A stretch of DNA of 64,000 nt, taken from the NCBI GenBank assembly GCA_032250835.1, contig JAVVEA010000003.1, positions 153,458 through 217,457 on the forward strand, written 5' to 3'. The notes under the pieces were generated by a model. It had not been told where the DNA came from, searched no databases, and was given only the letters and a program-made list of their open reading frames with translations. The stretch is from a bacterium (lineage in GTDB: Bacteria; SAR324; XYD2-FULL-50-16). Below, piece by piece: positions 58,827 through 64,000 of this stretch; the first letter of the stretch is position 1; the number at the start of each line of letters is the position of its first letter. A program made the position numbers and the translations under genes.

Positions 58827-59519
58827 ATGCTTTGGCCTAAGATAGGCTTGAAGCCATCTTGGGGCAAGTCAAATGAGGTTTTTTTGGAATCCTGGTACCA
58901 CCGTTATATCTTTCCTTCCTTGCTGGATTGGCTGATGTCCGGCGAGCCCTTCACCGGGCTGCGGAGTCAGCTCTTATCGCCGGTGCGGGGGCAGGTCTTA
59001 GAGATCGGCCTGGGCACGGGGCTCAATCTGTCCCATTACCCGGCCAATTTAGAGGCCCTAAAGAGCCTCGACCTTTCCCCGGCGCTGGCTCGCCTCGCTA
59101 GCAATCGTTTGGCTGCGGCCCCTTTTGAAGTGATCCATTACCTCGGCAGTGCCGAATCTATGCCCTTTGAGGAGCGGCAGTTTGATCAAGTGATCAGCAC
59201 CTGGACCCTCTGTAGCATTGCCGACCTGGATGCGGCCCTGCGCGAGATCAAACGGGTGATGCGGCCCGGAGGGGTCTTCCGCTTCGTCGAACATGGAGCC
59301 CACCCGAACCCCAAAATCCGGGCTTGGCAAGACCGCCTCAATCGGCTGCATAATAAATTAGCTTCGGGCTGCAATCTGAACCGGGACATCCGCTCGGCCT
59401 TGCTGGAGCACGGCTTTTTCTTTGAGCAATTGGAATGTTGGGAAATGGCCCGCACACCTAAGATTTTAGGCTACCATTGTATGGGCGCGGCGCGGTTGCT
59501 GCGCCCCGAAGAGCCTTAA
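58827..59519 (+). CDS. Class I SAM-dependent methyltransferase (start uncertain)
   Basis: VLEIGLGTGLN, TWTLCSI, RPGG, FVEHG, GCNLNRD. Confidence 0.85.
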   Translation: MLWPKIGLKPSWGKSNEVFLESWYHRYIFPSLLDWLMSGEPFTGLRSQLLSPVRGQVLEIGLGTGLNLSHYPANLEALKSLDLSPALARLASNRLAAAPFEVIHYLGSAESMPFEERQFDQVISTWTLCSIADLDAALREIKRVMRPGGVFRFVEHGAHPNPKIRAWQDRLNRLHNKLASGCNLNRDIRSALLEHGFFFEQLECWEMARTPKILGYHCMGAARLLRPEEP

Positions 59520-59563
59520 AAAAGCACACCAAGCCCGCTTGCCCAAAGGTGAAATGATGGCTG

Positions 59564-59826
59564 TAGGGGGCCGATAGATTGGCGAAACTTAGGCCCACTC
59601 TCGACTTACGCAAACCCACCAACATCTAATCGTCCTCTATCGGCACCGCCCAGTCGGCCCCCTAGGCGTTTGCGCTGATTCGGGTGAACTAGCTACCCTT
59701 GGGGTTCGCCTAGAGGCGCCCTGGTTCGGTCCCGAGTAAATCGCCAGAGCCCAACGTGAAAGGGCGCGTCTTTACCGAAGTGACCAAAAGCTGAAGGAAC
59801 CCCAGCGGATGGCTCAAGGGTACTGG
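59564..59826. ncRNA. Candidate structured non-coding RNA(s); second arm possibly 6S-like
   Basis: 350-bp gap between convergent genes with two long hairpins (59564-59664, 59689-59826). Confidence 0.4.
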
Positions 59827-59869
59827 GGAACAAAGGTTTTCTGGCATGAAGGCCCCGATGCCCTACAAA

Positions 59870-60418
59870 TTAAAAGTCTTCGAAGAGGCCTGTCGGCTTG
59901 CCGTCGATGCTGGTTTGGTTGTTCTGGGCCCGGTACTCGGCCAATACCTCGGGCCCTTTTTTTAGGCCCCACTGGGTCAGCTTTTCACGGTCACCTTGGT
60001 ACTCAAAGAAGGGCACCCCATAGCCGCAAGAGGTCTGCGCCGAATCTAGTTGCACTAAAACGATTTGCCGGGCCGCCAAATGCGGTGTAAACTGGCTGTA
60101 AAGCTCTTCCCACTCAGGGTGCCGGGGGTAAACCGCCCGGCCTTGGCCGTAGAGTTTTAAAATTAAGGGCTTTTGGTCGAAGGAACAAAACATCACGGTG
60201 ATGCGCCCATTCTCAAAGAGATGCGCCGAAGTCTCGTTGCCCGAGCCGGTGAGATTTAGAAAAGCAAAGGTTTTTGGGCCTAAAACCCGGAAACTATCGA
60301 GCCCTTTGGGGTTGAGGTTGATGCGCCCCTCAAAGGGTGCGGTAGCGACGAAGTAAACCTTCTGTTCCTGAATAAACTCAATGAGTTTATCCGACAAAGC
60401 GTCAAAGAATTGTGCCAT
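59870..60418 (-). CDS. Pyridoxamine 5'-phosphate oxidase-family FMN-binding protein
   Basis: YFVATAP, NPKG, LTGSGNETSAH, QTSCGYGVP. Confidence 0.88.
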   Translation of the reverse strand: MAQFFDALSDKLIEFIQEQKVYFVATAPFEGRINLNPKGLDSFRVLGPKTFAFLNLTGSGNETSAHLFENGRITVMFCSFDQKPLILKLYGQGRAVYPRHPEWEELYSQFTPHLAARQIVLVQLDSAQTSCGYGVPFFEYQGDREKLTQWGLKKGPEVLAEYRAQNNQTSIDGKPTGLFEDF

Positions 60419-60598
60419 TGTTTATACCCAATATCGCGTTTTTTCCAAAATTAGCCTAAACAGTCTAGAACCAGTCGTAAAGCCAAAGAAACGAACTTAG
60501 GAGATTTGCCTAGGGAGAAATTCCGTTTACCTGCGAGCGGCTTTGTTCTACACTCGTCCACAGCCTTAAGACCCAGTCAACCTCGAGGACTTCAGAAT

Positions 60599-62560
60599 AT
60601 GCGCGTCGAAAATCAAGCGCTAAAGCGATTGCTGGCGGTGAGCCCTCTCGCCGAGGCCTACGCTAAAGAAGCCTTCATCAACATGGGGGAGCAGCTCGAC
60701 GAGAAGCTGGCTGACTACCTCCACAAAACCGTGGTTTCTTATTCCAAACTGACGACCATCAAGGACCGCATCTTCGGGGCCCGTGACATTGGCGACAAGT
60801 TGGAAGTGGCGCTGGACTTGATGCCCACCCTGATCTTTACGGCCCCCTTCCGGTTTAAAGCCGAAGGCCGTCCCGCTGTGGCGCTGCGGCAGCTTCACAT
60901 CGCCGTATTGGACGCGGCCATGAACCGCTACCGAGAATCTACCAACTTCCAAACCGAGTTTTTTAAGTCCATCCCTTTTTCGATCAAACAAGCGGAATTG
61001 GACCAGAAAATGGACTTGGACAAGGGGGATGAGACCTTTTTGCCCCGTCAGGTGATGCTGGAGATGATCCAGGTAGCCCAGGGCTTTTTGCGGCTGCCCA
61101 AGAGCGGCAAGCGCAATGAGTTGATCGAGCAATATTACATCTACCAAGCGACGACCCAGATTTTTTTCCAGTTTTATTTTGAGCTGATCACCAAGGCCCC
61201 TTCGGACATGGTGGTGGCACTGATCGAAAAGATCTTTGCTTATCTTTTGGCGGCCCTGCGGCGCTTTGAGATCTTGCACTTCATGCAATCTGACGTCTCG
61301 AGTGATCAGATCGAATTTTGGATCGAAAAGGACGCCGCCAATGCGCGCCACCCGATGCTGCGCAAACACATCTTCTCATATGCCGCCAACTACAGCCCGC
61401 TACTGCGCGCCGGGGGGCAACAGGCCCTATCGGCGAACGGCCAGCGGTTGCTACAGATCCAAATCGAAGCGATCAAACAAATGGGTGTGGCCCGCTTGAC
61501 CTTGTTGCTCAAAAGCCTGCGGCGCTACCGGGGAAAGGGGCCGATAAAGTTTATTTTGGCCCAGTTGCAACGAAGCCAGATGGACCTATTAGAATCGCTA
61601 TTAGAACATCTGCAAAATACCGAAGACGCCGAGGAACAAGACATTTTGCGCATGGCCGCCGCACTGGGTAAAAACTTACGGGGCAAATCAGCGCAGAAAC
61701 AGAATTCCGGAGCGACCGGTAAGGTGTTGGCTTCGGCCGAAGCGCAGCGACTGGTGTCCGCCAAGCGGAATCTGGCCAATATGGACACCTCGAAGATGCT
61801 CAACCAGCACAAGATTGCGGATTACCTCAAAGAGCAACTCAAGAAGGTCTACGAGCGGGCCCGCAAAGAAGGGGCCATGACCAAAGACAAGATCCCCAAG
61901 TACTTAGCCTCCTTCGCCGATAGTTCCTCAACGGTGCTTTCGAAGCCGCGCATGGCACCGTCGGAAGTCGAAGAATTTGTGGCCAGTACGGACCAAATAT
62001 TAGAGGAAATCGTTAGTTCCGCAGGGCTGACCGAAGCCGAGTTGCAGGATACCCGCGAGAGCATCACGACGCAGTCCAAGGCCCTATTGACCGCCGAAAC
62101 GGTCGAGGAAAAGGCCGAAATCTTAAACAGCATCGGTGATAAACTGATGGACGCCCAAAATCAGGCAGAAGAAAAACTGCCCGAAGCAGAGCGCCAGCAA
62201 GTTAAATTTGAGAAATTAAAGGACTCAAAAATCATCTCTATTGGGTTCGAGGAATTCAGCCCTTCGATTACCGTTGCTGAGCTCATGAGCTTTCCGCTAG
62301 GGACCAAAGAGGCGGCTAACGAAGAAGAATGGTTTAAGTGTCACTTAAGTTACTTGCATATCTTGGCAGACCATTCCAAAATCGATAAAGAGAAGTTGGA
62401 CAACATCGAGGCCGTTAAAGACCGGTTCCCCAAAATCCGGTACAAAAAGTACTTCGATATTTTTCCTAACAATAAGTTTGATGACTCTGTTTTGAGCGCA
62501 GTTTATTCCTTGTGGGAAAACAACGGGTTAGAGCGCTTGAGACTGGACCAATCTGCCTGA
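60599..62560 (+). CDS. Large helical hypothetical protein
   Basis: 653-aa ORF with host-like codon usage; no recognised motif. Confidence 0.75.
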   Translation: MRVENQALKRLLAVSPLAEAYAKEAFINMGEQLDEKLADYLHKTVVSYSKLTTIKDRIFGARDIGDKLEVALDLMPTLIFTAPFRFKAEGRPAVALRQLHIAVLDAAMNRYRESTNFQTEFFKSIPFSIKQAELDQKMDLDKGDETFLPRQVMLEMIQVAQGFLRLPKSGKRNELIEQYYIYQATTQIFFQFYFELITKAPSDMVVALIEKIFAYLLAALRRFEILHFMQSDVSSDQIEFWIEKDAANARHPMLRKHIFSYAANYSPLLRAGGQQALSANGQRLLQIQIEAIKQMGVARLTLLLKSLRRYRGKGPIKFILAQLQRSQMDLLESLLEHLQNTEDAEEQDILRMAAALGKNLRGKSAQKQNSGATGKVLASAEAQRLVSAKRNLANMDTSKMLNQHKIADYLKEQLKKVYERARKEGAMTKDKIPKYLASFADSSSTVLSKPRMAPSEVEEFVASTDQILEEIVSSAGLTEAELQDTRESITTQSKALLTAETVEEKAEILNSIGDKLMDAQNQAEEKLPEAERQQVKFEKLKDSKIISIGFEEFSPSITVAELMSFPLGTKEAANEEEWFKCHLSYLHILADHSKIDKEKLDNIEAVKDRFPKIRYKKYFDIFPNNKFDDSVLSAVYSLWENNGLERLRLDQSA

Positions 62561-62570
62561 GGAGCAGCTT

Positions 62571-63923
62571 TTGACCGTAAAGCGAACCAGAACCGTAATG
62601 ATTGACGACCTAGACGCGTCGATGACGATCCAGGCTTATTTGGGCTTTTCTAAGCTGTACACCCCGGCGACACCGAAGTCGGCCCAGTGGGTGATGCATA
62701 ACTTTAAGGGAAGCAAAGTGATGGTCGAACGGGGCGGCAAACGCGGTGCTCTGCCCATTGAAAAGCTGCGCCCTGGCGACAACCTCCTGCGTATTTACGA
62801 GATCCCCGCCGATAAAGCCAAACTGACCCAAGTCACTCCTCGCTTGGCCGCCGAGCTGAAGGCGCGGGGCTTTAAATCTTTTTTGATCGAAGAAGAGGTC
62901 CAGACCCTCCACTCGGCCGCTGCCGAACGCAAGGCGGAAACCATCGTTAGCGTCAAGAAGCTACAAGAAAAAATGGTCGAAGCTTCCCCAGTGCGCGAAG
63001 AGGCCAAAGGCGCGGTCGAAGACCTGTTGGACAATGCCCGTGCCGGTAAGGTGGACACCAAGCAGGTGATCGCTTATGTAGACCGGATTTGTGACGCAGG
63101 CACCTCTGAGGCCTTGACCGCTATGGTCAGCCTCAAACAGAGTGACCAGACCTACGCCCACTGTGTGGACGTAGCCTCGATCTTCCAGACCGCCTACTTT
63201 GACATGCTCAAGCTCGACGGTCGGCAGAGTGTTTTTCGCGACCCTAAAGAAATCATGCTGGCTGGGTTCATGCACGACTTTGGCAAGTCTAAGGTGCCCA
63301 AGGATATTCTTGATTCCACGAAGCGTTTCGACCGGGATTCTAAGGAAATGAACCTGTTACAGTCGCACCCCGTTTTTGGTGCCGAATTGCTCAGCCACAT
63401 GGGCCTGCCTGACCATATCGTCAACATGGCCCACTACCACCATTGCAAGATGGACCCGGGCATGAAGAGCAGCTATCCGCCGGTTGAATACGAAAAGGTC
63501 TACTACGAGACCCGTATTTTGGCCTTGGTAGACGTCTATCAAGCCTTAGTAGGCAAGCGGAGCTACAAAAAATCTTGGACCCCGCCAGAAACCATCCGCT
63601 ACTTAGGGACCTTGGCGGGCGTGGAATACCCCGATGAATTGTACGCCAGCTTTTTAGCGGTCATGGGCAAGTACCCCAAGAGTTCTTTAGTGAAGCTCAG
63701 CACCGGTGCCGCAGGCTTTGTGATGAACGTTCCGACCGACAAAACCCAACTGGACCGGCCCCAAGTCGCCTTGGCGCTAGACGCAGACGGGGAACGCATG
63801 ACCCACAACGACCTAGTGGACTTGCAAGTGGAATTGGATCTTGAGATTGTGGGGGAGTTGGACGCTCAAGACGTCTTTGGCCAACATGCCGTAGACGTCT
63901 TCTGCGAATTGCACGTCGCTTAA
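62571..63923 (+). CDS. HD-GYP-like phosphohydrolase
   Basis: DQTYAHCVDV, MHDFGK, HH...SSYP, DVYQAL..KRSYKK. Confidence 0.85.
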   Translation: MTVKRTRTVMIDDLDASMTIQAYLGFSKLYTPATPKSAQWVMHNFKGSKVMVERGGKRGALPIEKLRPGDNLLRIYEIPADKAKLTQVTPRLAAELKARGFKSFLIEEEVQTLHSAAAERKAETIVSVKKLQEKMVEASPVREEAKGAVEDLLDNARAGKVDTKQVIAYVDRICDAGTSEALTAMVSLKQSDQTYAHCVDVASIFQTAYFDMLKLDGRQSVFRDPKEIMLAGFMHDFGKSKVPKDILDSTKRFDRDSKEMNLLQSHPVFGAELLSHMGLPDHIVNMAHYHHCKMDPGMKSSYPPVEYEKVYYETRILALVDVYQALVGKRSYKKSWTPPETIRYLGTLAGVEYPDELYASFLAVMGKYPKSSLVKLSTGAAGFVMNVPTDKTQLDRPQVALALDADGERMTHNDLVDLQVELDLEIVGELDAQDVFGQHAVDVFCELHVA

Positions 63924-64000
63924 AAAGGTCCCAGGAGCCTTTAAAAGGGTGCGTTTTTGTCGTAAAAGGCGCGCCATTTGGTGATCGGCATGAACTCCAG

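Noticed and set aside
59566-59664. tmRNA or retron msr-msd
   Set aside because: No T-arm/CCA end or tag peptide, and no reverse transcriptase in the window.
59711-59800. Lysine-riboswitch-like words (AGAGGCGC, AGTA, GAAAGGG, CCGAAG)
   Set aside because: The 3' half of the aptamer is absent and no gene lies downstream on that strand.

Overview
A bacterial, GC-rich, gene-dense chromosomal window. It resembles Deltaproteobacteria/SAR324 in gene content, but that lineage call is low confidence. The housekeeping backbone includes nqrB-F/apbE/nqrM, an RluA-family synthase, rpmA/rplU, prfB with its +1 programmed frameshift, argD, ftsQ-like, thiE, rsmG, metF, mgsA and several two-component and c-di-GMP genes. 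The main accessory feature is a ~15 kb arsenic/thiol-stress locus (21.2-36.7 kb). It has two convergent operons. The right operon is arsS radical SAM, DUF547, membrane 4Fe-4S protein, HD-GYP, arsM and a DMT transporter. The left operon is an NPC-repeat cytochrome c, an aquaglyceroporin, a pentaheme cytochrome, DUF302, and GT2 and GT-C glycosyltransferases. Next to them sit an ECF sigma/NrsF pair and a TetR-peroxiredoxin unit. An exact GTAAC(T/C)-N16-CGAA SigF-type promoter precedes both operons and the TetR-peroxiredoxin unit. This suggests one co-regulated organoarsenical (arsenosugar-type) pathway with its own electron-transfer chain. Other notable items: a solo ~1430-aa NACHT/STAND ATPase with a C-terminal PD-(D/E)xK-like domain (candidate anti-phage), a two-component island flanked by a highly structured mosaic repeat family, a FliN-like protein with a ~480-aa acidic tract, a structured intergenic ncRNA candidate at 59.56-59.83 kb, two interrupted genes and unannotated small ORFs. 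All calls come from motif recognition by eye; no database searches were run.
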